From an uncultured Gammaproteobacteria bacterium (GTDB taxonomy: Bacteria; Patescibacteriota; Microgenomatia; CAZXEC01), in contig CAZXEC010000001.1 in assembly GCA_964639595.1 (NCBI GenBank), forward strand, positions 326,903 to 390,902: DNA of 64,000 nt. The letters run 5' to 3'. Under the pieces are notes generated by a model. It was given only the letters and a program-made list of their open reading frames with translations. It was not told where the DNA came from and made no database searches. Position 1 is the stretch's first letter, and every line of letters starts with the position of its first letter. Shown in pieces: positions 30,380 through 40,462 of the stretch. The position numbers and the translations under genes were made by a program.

Positions 30380-31303
30380 ATGAAGTTAATCGTGCAAATA
30401 CCTTGCCATAATGAGGCAGCTACCATTGCCTGGGTTATCAAAGGAATTCCCAGATCCATCAGGGGCATTTCTAAGATAGAGGTTATGGTGATTGATGATG
30501 GTTCAACAGACCAAACCGTAAAAATTGCCAAGAAGGCTGGGGTAGACCACCTGATTTCTAATGAGAGAAAATTAGGTTTGGCTAAAACTTTTTATCTGGG
30601 GCTTGGAAAATGCTTAGAGAAAAATGCTGATATTATCGTTAATACAGATGGCGATAACCAATATGACCAATCACAGATCGTAAATCTGGTAAAACCAATA
30701 CTTGCACGCCAGGCTGATCTGGTGATCGGCAACCGGCAGGTAGAACGATTAAACTGGTTACCAAAAAGCAAAAAAATAGGCAATATTCTTGGCAGCTGGT
30801 TTATAAGAAAGTTAACTGGCACTCAAATAAGAGACGCTTCTAGCGGTTTTAGGGCGTTTTCGCGAGATTGCGCCAAAAATTTTATATCGTTATCCGATTA
30901 TACCTATACTCATGAGACTATTATACAAGCTTATGAGAATGGCCTAAATATAGTTGAAATACCAATCAATTTTCGACCAAGGATCAACGGCCAATCCAGA
31001 CTAATCAATAACACTTTCTGGCATATCCCTAGGTCTGCGCTGGTGATTATCAGGATGGTTTTACTGTACAAAGCTATTAAATTTTTTACTGTCATCGGCG
31101 TATCTACGATAGCAGTTGGGATACTTTTGGTAATCCGTTTTATGTATTATTTTGCAACCAGCGAAGGTAGGGGTCATATTCAGTCTTTAGTGCTTGCCTC
31201 TATTTTTATCAGCGTTGGTTTTAATATCTGGCTGCTGGGTATAATTACAGATGCTATTGCCATAAATCGTAAGTTAATAGAAAGAATAGTCAAAAAAAGA
31301 TAA
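30380..31303 (+). CDS. GT2 polyprenyl-phosphate glycosyltransferase (GtrB/ArnC/DPM1-like, with two C-terminal TM helices)
   Basis: GT2 core (VMVIDDGSTDQT; DGDNQYD) followed by two C-terminal TM helices. This is the classic architecture of lipid-phosphate sugar donor synthases. Confidence 0.7.
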   Translation: MKLIVQIPCHNEAATIAWVIKGIPRSIRGISKIEVMVIDDGSTDQTVKIAKKAGVDHLISNERKLGLAKTFYLGLGKCLEKNADIIVNTDGDNQYDQSQIVNLVKPILARQADLVIGNRQVERLNWLPKSKKIGNILGSWFIRKLTGTQIRDASSGFRAFSRDCAKNFISLSDYTYTHETIIQAYENGLNIVEIPINFRPRINGQSRLINNTFWHIPRSALVIIRMVLLYKAIKFFTVIGVSTIAVGILLVIRFMYYFATSEGRGHIQSLVLASIFISVGFNIWLLGIITDAIAINRKLIERIVKKR

Positions 31304-31304
31304 T

Positions 31305-31919
31305 ATGATTGCCGGAAATTATGAGGATAAGTACCATGCCAAAAATCCTATTTCCAGACTACTGGTCGCAAATTTCTTAAAAGATTTTCATAAGTGTCTG
31401 ACGCAAGTTAATAACCCACAAACGATCGCCGAGTTGGGGGCAGGAGAAGGATATTTAACAGAAATCATTTCAAATCGTTTCCCCCGGGCAAAAATTATCG
31501 CCTCTGATCTGTCGATTAATATTTTAAAGATTGCCGAAAAAAATACTATGGCTGGAAATGTCCATTTTGAACAGCAAGAGATTTCCCGTTTATCTTATAA
31601 AGATAATAGTTGCGACTTGATTATCTGCTGTGAAGTATTGGAGCATGTCAAAAATCCCCAAAAGGCTCTCCAGGAGATTCACAGAGTAGGTAGAGGTTTT
31701 TTTATTTTGAGTGTGCCCCATGAACCATTATGGAGAATACTTAATATGGCAAGAGGTAAATATTGGCATGATTTAGGTAATACTCCAGGGCATATCAATC
31801 ACTGGACAAAAAATGATTTTGCCCAAGCTTTGGCTGGAGGCGGTTTTGATATTATACAGATGTTTAAGCCGCTTCCCTGGATAATGGTTCTGGCAGCCAA
31901 AAAGAAAGTAGCTGTTTGA
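31305..31919 (+). CDS. Class I SAM-dependent methyltransferase
   Basis: IAELGAGEGYLT motif I, and CCEVLEHVKNPQKAL. Confidence 0.7.
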   Translation: MIAGNYEDKYHAKNPISRLLVANFLKDFHKCLTQVNNPQTIAELGAGEGYLTEIISNRFPRAKIIASDLSINILKIAEKNTMAGNVHFEQQEISRLSYKDNSCDLIICCEVLEHVKNPQKALQEIHRVGRGFFILSVPHEPLWRILNMARGKYWHDLGNTPGHINHWTKNDFAQALAGGGFDIIQMFKPLPWIMVLAAKKKVAV

Positions 31920-31970
31920 CATAAGGAGGGTTTTCTAATATCCTCTAGCACAGAAGAGAGCATAGTAGCT

Positions 31971-32678
31971 ATGGCCAAAATTCAAGCATCAGTTGTGCTG
32001 CCTACCTATAACGAATCAGGCAATATTATTGGCTTGATAGAGGAGATCAAAAAAGAGTTAACTGCCAAAAGGATTAGTTATGAGATTGTGGTGGTAGACG
32101 ACGATAGCCCTGATAAAACCGGACTTTTGGCTCAGAAATACTTTGCTAAAATTCCTGACGTTAGGGTTATTATTCGCAAGAATGCTAGGGGTTTAGCTAG
32201 CGCTATTCGTCGCGGGATTGAACAATCTGTCGGAGATATCATTGTGGTGATGGATACTGATTTTAACCACGAGCCAAGACTTATTCCCCGTTTGGTGGAA
32301 AAATGTGGCAGATATGACATGGTAGTTGGCTCCAGATTTGTTAAAGGCGGCGGGATGACTAATAAGACGAGAGAAACACTAAGTCGGTTATTTAATATTC
32401 TGATTAGAATAATTTTGGGTAGCCCGGTTCACGACAATTTGAGCGGATTTTTTGCCATAAAAACTAAAGAGCTGGATAAGATCAATTTTGATCAGGTATT
32501 TTGGGGCTACGGTGATTATTTTATCAGGCTGATTTATTTTATAAAAAAGCAAGGCAATACATTTTTCGAGATACCTTCTTATTATAAAGAACGGGAATAC
32601 GGTAGTAGTAAATCTCAATTTTTGCAGATGTTTAGGGATTACTTGGCTTCTACCTTGGCACTTCGGTTTGGGAATTAG
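31971..32678 (+). CDS. GT2, dolichyl/polyprenyl-phosphate mannose synthase (DPM1/Ppm1)-like, soluble
   Basis: SVVLPTYNESGNI..IVVVDDDSPDKT and a DTD motif; 235 aa with no TM segment. Confidence 0.7.
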   Translation: MAKIQASVVLPTYNESGNIIGLIEEIKKELTAKRISYEIVVVDDDSPDKTGLLAQKYFAKIPDVRVIIRKNARGLASAIRRGIEQSVGDIIVVMDTDFNHEPRLIPRLVEKCGRYDMVVGSRFVKGGGMTNKTRETLSRLFNILIRIILGSPVHDNLSGFFAIKTKELDKINFDQVFWGYGDYFIRLIYFIKKQGNTFFEIPSYYKEREYGSSKSQFLQMFRDYLASTLALRFGN

Positions 32679-32680
32679 AA

Positions 32681-33274
32681 ATGATAACCTCCGCAAAATA
32701 TACAGATTTATTTCAAATTACTAATCTTCACATACAGGGCCTGTCAGGAGATTTCCTGCCGTCTCTGGGTAGCAAATTTTTACAAACGATGTATGAAGGT
32801 ATTATTGGTAAACCGGGCGTCTATATTTTTGTTGATAAGGCAAAAGCAAGAATTTTAGGTTTTATTATTGGTACATCAGATATGGATTATTTTTTTAAAC
32901 AAGCCATTAAGAATAATTTTATTAAGTTGTCGTTGTTACTGATTCTCCAAATCCTTAGAAATCCCTTGCTAATAAAAAAAATTACCGAAACTTTTTTTTA
33001 TCCCAAGAAAGATATTGGACCAAAAGCAGAGCTAGTGGTGCTTGTTGTTGATAAAGCTCATCAAGGACAGGGTATTGGTAAGAAATTAATAAACTCTCTG
33101 GAGCAAGAGTTTACCAAAAGAAGCATCACTAGATATAAGTTAACTGTCCATGCGGACAAATATGCTGTCTTGTTTTACAAACACTTGGGTATGAGGCGAA
33201 TTTCATCGTTTCAGCTGTATGATAAAATGTGGTACGTATATGAAAAAAATATCAAGAAAAAGAGCAGTCATTGA
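32681..33274 (+). CDS. GNAT-family N-acetyltransferase
   Basis: LVVLVVDKAHQGQGIGKKLI matches the GNAT motif A (Q/RxxGxG). Confidence 0.55.
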   Translation: MITSAKYTDLFQITNLHIQGLSGDFLPSLGSKFLQTMYEGIIGKPGVYIFVDKAKARILGFIIGTSDMDYFFKQAIKNNFIKLSLLLILQILRNPLLIKKITETFFYPKKDIGPKAELVVLVVDKAHQGQGIGKKLINSLEQEFTKRSITRYKLTVHADKYAVLFYKHLGMRRISSFQLYDKMWYVYEKNIKKKSSH

Positions 33275-34070
33275 TTACCTGACGCCGCTTTTGACCTATG
33301 CTCCGGCCGGTTGGGCTCTTGTCCGTGCCAATGAAATAAGAGCCCTAGAGCGCATTAAAGTCTTTCAAGCTCCGGTTCTAGATGTGGGATGCGGTGACGG
33401 ATTGGTAGCCAGTGTCATGCTGCAAAAAAAGAACAAGTTCGAGGTGGGGATTGATATTTTTGATAGAGAAGTAAAAAAAGCCCAGAAGCTTGGTATTTAT
33501 AAGCACTGTCTGGTAGCTAGCATATATAGTCTGCCTTTTCCAAATTCGAGTTTTGCGACAGTTTTTTCTAATTCTGTTATAGAACATATCAGAGATCTCG
33601 ACAGGGCGCTTGATGAGATCAATCGAGTGTTAACACCAGACGGCCGAATGGTCATCACTGTACCTTCGGTGTATTTGGCTAGATATTTATTAGGTACAGC
33701 TGTACTCTCTTTTTTGAAATTGGATTTCTTGGCAAAAATTTATGGGAATTTTTTCAATAAGCTGTTCAAACATTACAACGTTTACGATCATGACCAGTGG
33801 GCAAAAATTCTACAGGTGCACGATTTAAGACTGGTTGACCATTTCTATTATCATACGCCATCCATAGTCAAAGTGCACGAGATATTATCTTTGCTGGCTT
33901 TTCCTATTCATATTTTGAAACCGCTTGTAGGATATTGGGTGGTATTCCCCAAGATCAGAAGATGGCTGATCGTGCCTTGGGTCAGACAGCTATTATGGAG
34001 ATTTTATATTGATGATTGCCAAAAAGACCAAGGAGGCTCACTACTGTTGGTAGCTCAAAAAACAAAATGA
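33240..34070 (+). CDS. Class I SAM-dependent methyltransferase
   Basis: VLDVGCGDGLVAS motif I and VLTPDGRMVITVP. The start is set at an internal ATG. Confidence 0.7.
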   Translation: MKKISRKRAVIDYLTPLLTYAPAGWALVRANEIRALERIKVFQAPVLDVGCGDGLVASVMLQKKNKFEVGIDIFDREVKKAQKLGIYKHCLVASIYSLPFPNSSFATVFSNSVIEHIRDLDRALDEINRVLTPDGRMVITVPSVYLARYLLGTAVLSFLKLDFLAKIYGNFFNKLFKHYNVYDHDQWAKILQVHDLRLVDHFYYHTPSIVKVHEILSLLAFPIHILKPLVGYWVVFPKIRRWLIVPWVRQLLWRFYIDDCQKDQGGSLLLVAQKTK

Positions 34071-34861
34071 AAAACGATGCGGTAGCTAAATTATGGCAGG
34101 AGCGTGGTCTTAAATACCATGATACCCTGCAATCAGTCTGTTTTGCTAATCTGCCAGACCAGCTCAATACCCTGATCCATAATTGGCAACTAAACCAAAT
34201 CTATGATTTTTTATCTGATTTTACTAGAGATTCAACTGCCCAGGTGCTGGATGTTGGGTGTGGTTGGGGCAGGATTGCTAAGCCTTTATCTGAAAGGTTT
34301 CACCACTGGCAAATGATAGGTGCGGATCCAGCTCCCGCCATGGTAGAACTATTTAATAAAAACTTGGCAGGTCATGGGCAAGCTATGATTGGATCTTTAC
34401 CGAAACTTAAATTTGCTGATCAATCTTTTGATGTTGTTATTATTGTGACTGCTTTAATGTATTTGAGCAGTGATGCAGAGAGGCACCAAGCAGCCAGAGA
34501 GATCAGCAGGTTGCTGAAAGTCGGTGGCAGATGTATCGTAATTGAAAATAATCGACTGGGCTGGCACATCTCAACTGGCTTTGGAATATCTCAAATATGG
34601 GAAAGAAAAACACCGCCTACTGGTGGCTATATTTTTTCCTCATCAGAGATTTTTGATTTATTCTCATCAGTTAATCTGGTGGTGAAGAAGATCACGGGCA
34701 TGCCGACAACGACTGCTTTCTTGCCAGTCATGATAGTATTTTGCCGAATTGCGCCTTTTTTAGTAGGTCAGATCGGAAAATTAATGCTGCTGATTGACAA
34801 CATGCTGGGGGCCTTCACCAAGATCTCACTGTATCAAGCTCACCACTTTGTTAAGGAATAG
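34067..34861 (+). CDS. Class I SAM-dependent methyltransferase
   Basis: VLDVGCGWGRIA motif I and LKVGGRCIVIEN. The start is set at the ATG overlapping the upstream stop (ATGA). Confidence 0.7.
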   Translation: MKNDAVAKLWQERGLKYHDTLQSVCFANLPDQLNTLIHNWQLNQIYDFLSDFTRDSTAQVLDVGCGWGRIAKPLSERFHHWQMIGADPAPAMVELFNKNLAGHGQAMIGSLPKLKFADQSFDVVIIVTALMYLSSDAERHQAAREISRLLKVGGRCIVIENNRLGWHISTGFGISQIWERKTPPTGGYIFSSSEIFDLFSSVNLVVKKITGMPTTTAFLPVMIVFCRIAPFLVGQIGKLMLLIDNMLGAFTKISLYQAHHFVKE

Positions 34862-34864
34862 TCA

Positions 34865-37600
34865 ATGCCGAAGGTAAAAATGAACAAGTTAGATAAACAG
34901 GTCAATAAATCTATAACTTCCCAAAATAAACCTCTGAGGGCTAAAAGCCCTCGGTTTCTCTTTCGAGAAAGCGGTTTGATCACTGCCAAGAATCCATGGT
35001 TTGCGCAAAGTTTGAATCAATTTCTCAAAATAGCTTTGCTACTTTTTGCGGTAGTTTTTTTAGCCTTTTGGCAAACACTGCAGATGTATTTCTGGAAAGA
35101 TGACAGCGCTTTGATGTTTAAAGCCCAAAATCCGCAAGTTGAAGCAGGTTTTTGGGGCAGGGGAATGTTTGGAGAAGGCCCATATAGGCATATACTTGAA
35201 CCATTTGTTTTTTTATACCCAATTTTAGGTCTGGAGCCTACAGGATATTTTGCAGCAGGAATAATTTTCTATTTTCTGGCTGCTTTGTCAGTTTTCTACT
35301 TAGCTAAAGTTATTTTTCAAGATCTTCGATCTGCCATTTTGGCGGCGCTTGTTTTTTCCGCAGGTTATATCGGCTCAGAAACGATCTTTGGCTTGACCAA
35401 TTCACTACAAACCAGTCGGGGTATTGCTATGGCTGCTCTAATGATGGCAGTGTATATCCGCTTTTTGAGAGAAAAACAGATCGTTCTCTACCTCATTTCT
35501 TTACTGTTGTTTTTCTTTACTTTGGATACTGTTTATATCAGATCACATGGCCTGATTTTTACGGTCGTAGCTGCTGATTTATTATTTTCCGGATTTCCGT
35601 TAGATAAAAAAAAGATATTATGGTTTGCGTTAAGAGTTGTCCCATTCCTGGCGATTTTCTACCGTATATATCTGGCGACCGTCTCTGTTAATTTTGCCGC
35701 TTCTGGGGCCCTATCAAATATCTTACAGGGCGATTTTACTCCCGTCACCTCACCGATTATTTCCTTGGGCAATTTATTTTTGCCGGAGCCATGGCTTGAA
35801 GTGGGTAACCAGTGGCTAAAAGCTATTTTCGGCTTTAATGCCAGTTGGTCATTATCAGGTTTGCTGGCAGGTATTCTGTTGTTGATATTGCTGGTGATCT
35901 TAGTTCTATATAATTTTGCCAAGAAAAATAATTACTGGAAGATTACCACGTTTTCATTTGTTTGGATTATTGCCAACGTTTTGTTGTATTTTAGTTTTGA
36001 TACTAAACAAGTCTTAGGATCGTCCCATAGGTATTATTCATATTCATCTGTCGGCTGGGCTATTTTAGTTGCGACAGCTGCTCAAACTGTAGGATATTTA
36101 TTCAAGAGATATCAATTACTGCCCACATATCTGATCATTACCGTGTGCATAGTTTATCTGGCCATAGGCAATCAAATCCAATATGATATTGTGACAAAAA
36201 GGTCACAGCCAGCCAGAAGATTTTTTAATACTCTTAAAAATACCTTGGCTGATATTCCTAAAGGATCACTGGTTTATTTTGACGTGCATCATGATGTGCG
36301 AGTTCAGAGCGAGTTCGGCGATTTTTTTGGTGCGGGATCTATGCCGGAAACTACAGTGCTGGCTATCTATTATGGTCGCGATCGATATGATTTTGAATTG
36401 ACTTATGATTTCAGCCAGGTTGTTAAAGAGCTGTCCCAAAAATCGATCAGTTCAAAACAACTATTCACTTTTTTTTATGACCGCAGTGGACTGGTCAACA
36501 CCACTGATCAAGCCAGACGAGTTTTGTCAGAGGGTTTTAGTAAAAGTATTCCGATTGAGCAGTTATCTGCCAGTACGCAGTTTAATTATAAAGATCATAT
36601 TTTGTCTACCAAGACCAAATTTGAACCAACCCAGACTGGAACCGATCATGTAGATCCGCGGATTGATATCAATTTTAACAGAGAGATAAATTCTATTGCC
36701 GGTGCAACTTTAGAGTTTGATATGGCACTGACCCCGCTTATGCCGAATGGAGTAGTGTTCCCATATGGAGAAAGCCGGTCATCTTTTAGTATATCCGATA
36801 GTCAATTATTACAAACTTTGATGTATTTGAAAGACAGATTAGAGTTTAGAAGATCAGCCCAAGTTATCAGCATGTCTTTTTGGCAGGATCAAGTTCCTCA
36901 AAATTTGAATGATGGCCGTCTTGATACAACTTGGTTGGCTCACCGGGGAGCTTGGAACAGTTGGGTCCAAAAAACATCCATGCAAGCCGAATATGTCATG
37001 GTTGATTTAGGGATGATCAAGTCGGTAGGCAGGCTGATTTGGACCAATGGTCATACAACAAGAACACCTACTCATTATCTTATTTATACTTCAATCAATG
37101 GCGAAAATTGGCAGACGGCTGGTGATATTAAGTTAGAGAGCGCACTGCCCAGCAATCAAGTTTCGGTTGATGATTTCCCAGAAAGGCTTGCGAGGTTTGT
37201 TAAGATGGAGATTATTGATTCATCAGGAGGAGATGCTCCCCAACTGGCAGAGATTGAAGTGGTGGCTGGCAAATATAAAAATATAGATTTAAATTTAGCT
37301 CATAAACTATCAATTTCCCCGTTTGCTTCCATCGGAGATTTATCGCAATGGTCTTTGGCGCTGGCCTGGGCTGCTGACAATATAAGTGCGCAGATATGGT
37401 GGAAATCCAACAAAGATCTATCTTGGAATCAAACTAGCTACCAAGACTTTCCTGTAATTGCTGATGGCAGATTTTACCACTATCGCCTCGATATACCAGC
37501 CGGCGGAACTGTTTTGGAAGCAGTTAGACTGGATAAGATTTCTATACCGGTTGAGGTAAAAATCAAAAATGTTAAAATGCTGACCGATCCGCTTCCATGA
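34865..37600 (+). CDS. Large GT-C-like membrane glycosyltransferase fused to a C-terminal F5/8 type C (discoidin) domain; paralog A1
   Basis: About 11 TM helices, with YFWKDDSALMF (a DD motif) in the first loop. A long soluble region contains the F5/8-C hallmark DGRLDTTW...W...VDLG...IW.NGHTTRTPTHY..TSINGENW...AEIEVV. Confidence 0.6.
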   Translation: MPKVKMNKLDKQVNKSITSQNKPLRAKSPRFLFRESGLITAKNPWFAQSLNQFLKIALLLFAVVFLAFWQTLQMYFWKDDSALMFKAQNPQVEAGFWGRGMFGEGPYRHILEPFVFLYPILGLEPTGYFAAGIIFYFLAALSVFYLAKVIFQDLRSAILAALVFSAGYIGSETIFGLTNSLQTSRGIAMAALMMAVYIRFLREKQIVLYLISLLLFFFTLDTVYIRSHGLIFTVVAADLLFSGFPLDKKKILWFALRVVPFLAIFYRIYLATVSVNFAASGALSNILQGDFTPVTSPIISLGNLFLPEPWLEVGNQWLKAIFGFNASWSLSGLLAGILLLILLVILVLYNFAKKNNYWKITTFSFVWIIANVLLYFSFDTKQVLGSSHRYYSYSSVGWAILVATAAQTVGYLFKRYQLLPTYLIITVCIVYLAIGNQIQYDIVTKRSQPARRFFNTLKNTLADIPKGSLVYFDVHHDVRVQSEFGDFFGAGSMPETTVLAIYYGRDRYDFELTYDFSQVVKELSQKSISSKQLFTFFYDRSGLVNTTDQARRVLSEGFSKSIPIEQLSASTQFNYKDHILSTKTKFEPTQTGTDHVDPRIDINFNREINSIAGATLEFDMALTPLMPNGVVFPYGESRSSFSISDSQLLQTLMYLKDRLEFRRSAQVISMSFWQDQVPQNLNDGRLDTTWLAHRGAWNSWVQKTSMQAEYVMVDLGMIKSVGRLIWTNGHTTRTPTHYLIYTSINGENWQTAGDIKLESALPSNQVSVDDFPERLARFVKMEIIDSSGGDAPQLAEIEVVAGKYKNIDLNLAHKLSISPFASIGDLSQWSLALAWAADNISAQIWWKSNKDLSWNQTSYQDFPVIADGRFYHYRLDIPAGGTVLEAVRLDKISIPVEVKIKNVKMLTDPLP

Positions 37601-40455
37601 AATATAAAGCCTTGCTTGTTTTGCTTTTGGCATTGGTAGTGTTTCTTACTTATGGTACAACTCTTAAGATGTATTTCTGGGAGGATGATAATGGCTATAT
37701 TTTCAAACTACAGAACCCTTATGTTGAGGCAGGTCCCTATGGTCCTGACCTTATTGGGTCGGGACCATATAAATACCAAGCCACTTTTGCTTTTCCGTTC
37801 TACCAATTTTTTCAATTAAACCCGGTAGGATATTTTGCCTATGGACTAGTGATGTATTTTTTGGCATCACTTTCAGTATATTTCCTGGCAGTAAATTTTT
37901 TACGCAATAGGCGATCAGCTTACATGGCGGCTTTGATTTTTGCATCTGGATTAGTTGGAGCAGAGAGCTTATTCCGCATCACCAATACTTATCAGACTAG
38001 TGCTGCAATTATTCTGGCTAGTCTTTCGTTCGGCTATCTTTTTAGAAATCTTTATTATGGCGGAGTATCCAATTATTTGCTGTCAGTTTTATTTTTCCTG
38101 CTGGCTGTTGAACTTGTTCAAATCAGGTCCCATGGATTAGTATTTTCAGCTGTAATGGCAATTTTGCTATTCTCGCAATTTTGGAAAAATATTAAACAGT
38201 TACCCATTACCGCGATTAAAATCTTTCCATTTCTGTTTATTTTTAATAAATACTATCTTTACTTAGGTAGCAGTAATAGTACGGTTGGGTCTGAAGGATC
38301 AAGGTTTATCGGTGACCTCCTTTATAATGGGCATTTCGAATATGTTTTTACTATTCTTTCAATTTTTTCCAATTTATTGCTGCCAGATCTAGTAGTTGTG
38401 GAAATCAACAGGATTTTATCAGCCAAGTTACCCTTTGTTGACGGTAAACTTTTCCTTGCCAGTTTGCTGATAATCATATTTTGGCTATTTTTATATTTTG
38501 AAAAATTAATCTTTTCGTCATCCCGAAAAGTTTTTGCATTGATTTTATCGATTAGTCTTTTTTGGTATGTTATATGTTTTTTGGCCCAGTTTAATAATTA
38601 CCAGTTTTTTCAGGACCAATTTAATATGGTACAGGTCTTGATTGGTGGACTGTTTTTTATTAACGTAGCGTATCTGGTGTTGCTTAGTGTTTACAAAAAT
38701 GATGATGCTGGGAAAAAAATAGTATTTTGTATCCTCTGGGTAGGTTTTTCATTTTTGGCTTTTTTGGTACATTCTCCACTGAATGTTTTGTCTAGCACCC
38801 ATCGCTACTTATCTGTATCTTTGGTGGGGTGGTCGATTTTCTTGGCTTTTTTGCTGACCTTGATTGTTAAGTTTGCTAGGCAAAAGATAAGCAGGAGGAC
38901 TTTTTTTAACAGATTGCTGCTGGCAGGAAATAAATTTACAATTTTAGGTTTAGGGTTTATTTTGACTACCAATATTTGGCTTAATTCTAGTCTGCAGACT
39001 AGAATAGTTGACGACCGTAGTATTCCAACTGCCGACTTTTTCTCATCACTGCAGAAGGTTTTACCGAAAGTAAGCAAAGGCGATGTGTTCTTTTTTAATG
39101 TCCAAAATGATGATTTAATGAGTAGTCGATTTAAAAATTTTTTTGCTGTTGCTTCTATGCCGCCAACCACCGCTTTGGCCATCTATTATCGCCTAGATAG
39201 GTATGATATTAAATTATTGCCAATTTTTGATGAACTGGCTAGTCTTGTTGCTGCGGGTCAGGCCGGCCTTCATCAGATTCATACTTTTTCTTATGATCGT
39301 CATGGCCTTTTGGACACTACTGGCACAACAACTGCCGCTCTTGGCTTTGGCGGACAAACCCAATTAAAAATTAATACCACCAGCCAAACCCAATACAAAA
39401 AAATAAACGAGGTAATTGTTGGTTACACACCGCCCTTGATAATTAATCTAGAAAAACCAATTATCGCTGCGTCCCCCCTAGAGGTAACTTTGTCAGTAAA
39501 ATTAGATGTTGATTATGGCGTATCTTATGGTCAATATCATCAAACTAATAAGATGGATGATTTATCACAGCTGGTCGAATTAAAAAATATCCAGACAAGA
39601 CCGTTATCTAATTTAGATCGACAGCTGATCTTTAATTATTTAATCGCCAAAAAAGACTATCAAAAGAATTCTAAAGCGCAATCGTCAAGCAGCTGGAAAT
39701 ACCATGAAATAGACAACATTAACGATGGCAGGCAAGAGACTGACTGGCTGTCCCATGTAGGCAAGTGGCATGAATTGCCGTATGAGGAAATAGTAATTGA
39801 TTTGGGAAAGATAAAAAATATTTCCAGAGTAGTTTGGGTTAATGGCTATCCTCAAAGAACTCCAACAGTATATCAAATCGAAGTGTCGGCGGATCGGACC
39901 AACTGGCCCCGACTCAATCGGGGCTGGCAAAAAGTGGTAAGTATCAACCAAACTGCCATGTCTCTTGGGGCAATAAAGCAAGATAACTTTGCCCCTCATT
40001 TTGCCAGATACGTCAAGATGGCAATTTCGGCAACAGCCGGAGACTCTCCTCAAATTGCCGAGATGGAAGTGGTAGAAGAGAAATTTAGGCAGGTTGACTT
40101 AGACCGGGCAAAAGAACTAGCTACGACGCCTTTTATGTTGGGTAATCAGGAAGATTTTATCCTGGCTGATAGTTTTGCCAGAAACGGCCACCACAGCGCT
40201 AAAATTTATTGGAAGTCGCCAGAGGATTCGGATTGGAAGAATACCCAGTCAACCTCTGCAGCAGTTTATGCAGATAGTAAGTGGCATGACTATTCTGTGA
40301 TAATTCCTGTTGATGGAGCAAGGCGTATTAGCCAGATCAAAATTGATAATCTGATGTTTCCTGCACGAGCCCATCTGACTGGCATCTCCTTTAGATATTT
40401 AACTTTGTCAGATTTAATAAGCAGAGGACTGATCCGTCAATTTAATGACAACTAG
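37597..40455 (+). CDS. Large GT-C-like membrane glycosyltransferase with C-terminal discoidin domain; paralog A2 (divergent)
   Basis: MYFWEDDNGYIF loop motif. The F5/8-C block reads DGRQETDW...IDLG...VW.NGYPQRTPTVY...AEMEVV. ATGA overlap with A1. Confidence 0.6.
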   Translation: MKYKALLVLLLALVVFLTYGTTLKMYFWEDDNGYIFKLQNPYVEAGPYGPDLIGSGPYKYQATFAFPFYQFFQLNPVGYFAYGLVMYFLASLSVYFLAVNFLRNRRSAYMAALIFASGLVGAESLFRITNTYQTSAAIILASLSFGYLFRNLYYGGVSNYLLSVLFFLLAVELVQIRSHGLVFSAVMAILLFSQFWKNIKQLPITAIKIFPFLFIFNKYYLYLGSSNSTVGSEGSRFIGDLLYNGHFEYVFTILSIFSNLLLPDLVVVEINRILSAKLPFVDGKLFLASLLIIIFWLFLYFEKLIFSSSRKVFALILSISLFWYVICFLAQFNNYQFFQDQFNMVQVLIGGLFFINVAYLVLLSVYKNDDAGKKIVFCILWVGFSFLAFLVHSPLNVLSSTHRYLSVSLVGWSIFLAFLLTLIVKFARQKISRRTFFNRLLLAGNKFTILGLGFILTTNIWLNSSLQTRIVDDRSIPTADFFSSLQKVLPKVSKGDVFFFNVQNDDLMSSRFKNFFAVASMPPTTALAIYYRLDRYDIKLLPIFDELASLVAAGQAGLHQIHTFSYDRHGLLDTTGTTTAALGFGGQTQLKINTTSQTQYKKINEVIVGYTPPLIINLEKPIIAASPLEVTLSVKLDVDYGVSYGQYHQTNKMDDLSQLVELKNIQTRPLSNLDRQLIFNYLIAKKDYQKNSKAQSSSSWKYHEIDNINDGRQETDWLSHVGKWHELPYEEIVIDLGKIKNISRVVWVNGYPQRTPTVYQIEVSADRTNWPRLNRGWQKVVSINQTAMSLGAIKQDNFAPHFARYVKMAISATAGDSPQIAEMEVVEEKFRQVDLDRAKELATTPFMLGNQEDFILADSFARNGHHSAKIYWKSPEDSDWKNTQSTSAAVYADSKWHDYSVIIPVDGARRISQIKIDNLMFPARAHLTGISFRYLTLSDLISRGLIRQFNDN

Positions 40456-40462
40456 CAGGAGT

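Noticed and set aside
31922-31928. A strong AAGGAGG Shine-Dalgarno-like sequence.
   Set aside because: It lies about 43 nt upstream of the nearest in-frame start (31971), with stop codons in between. It is too far to act as the RBS for that gene and is probably fortuitous.
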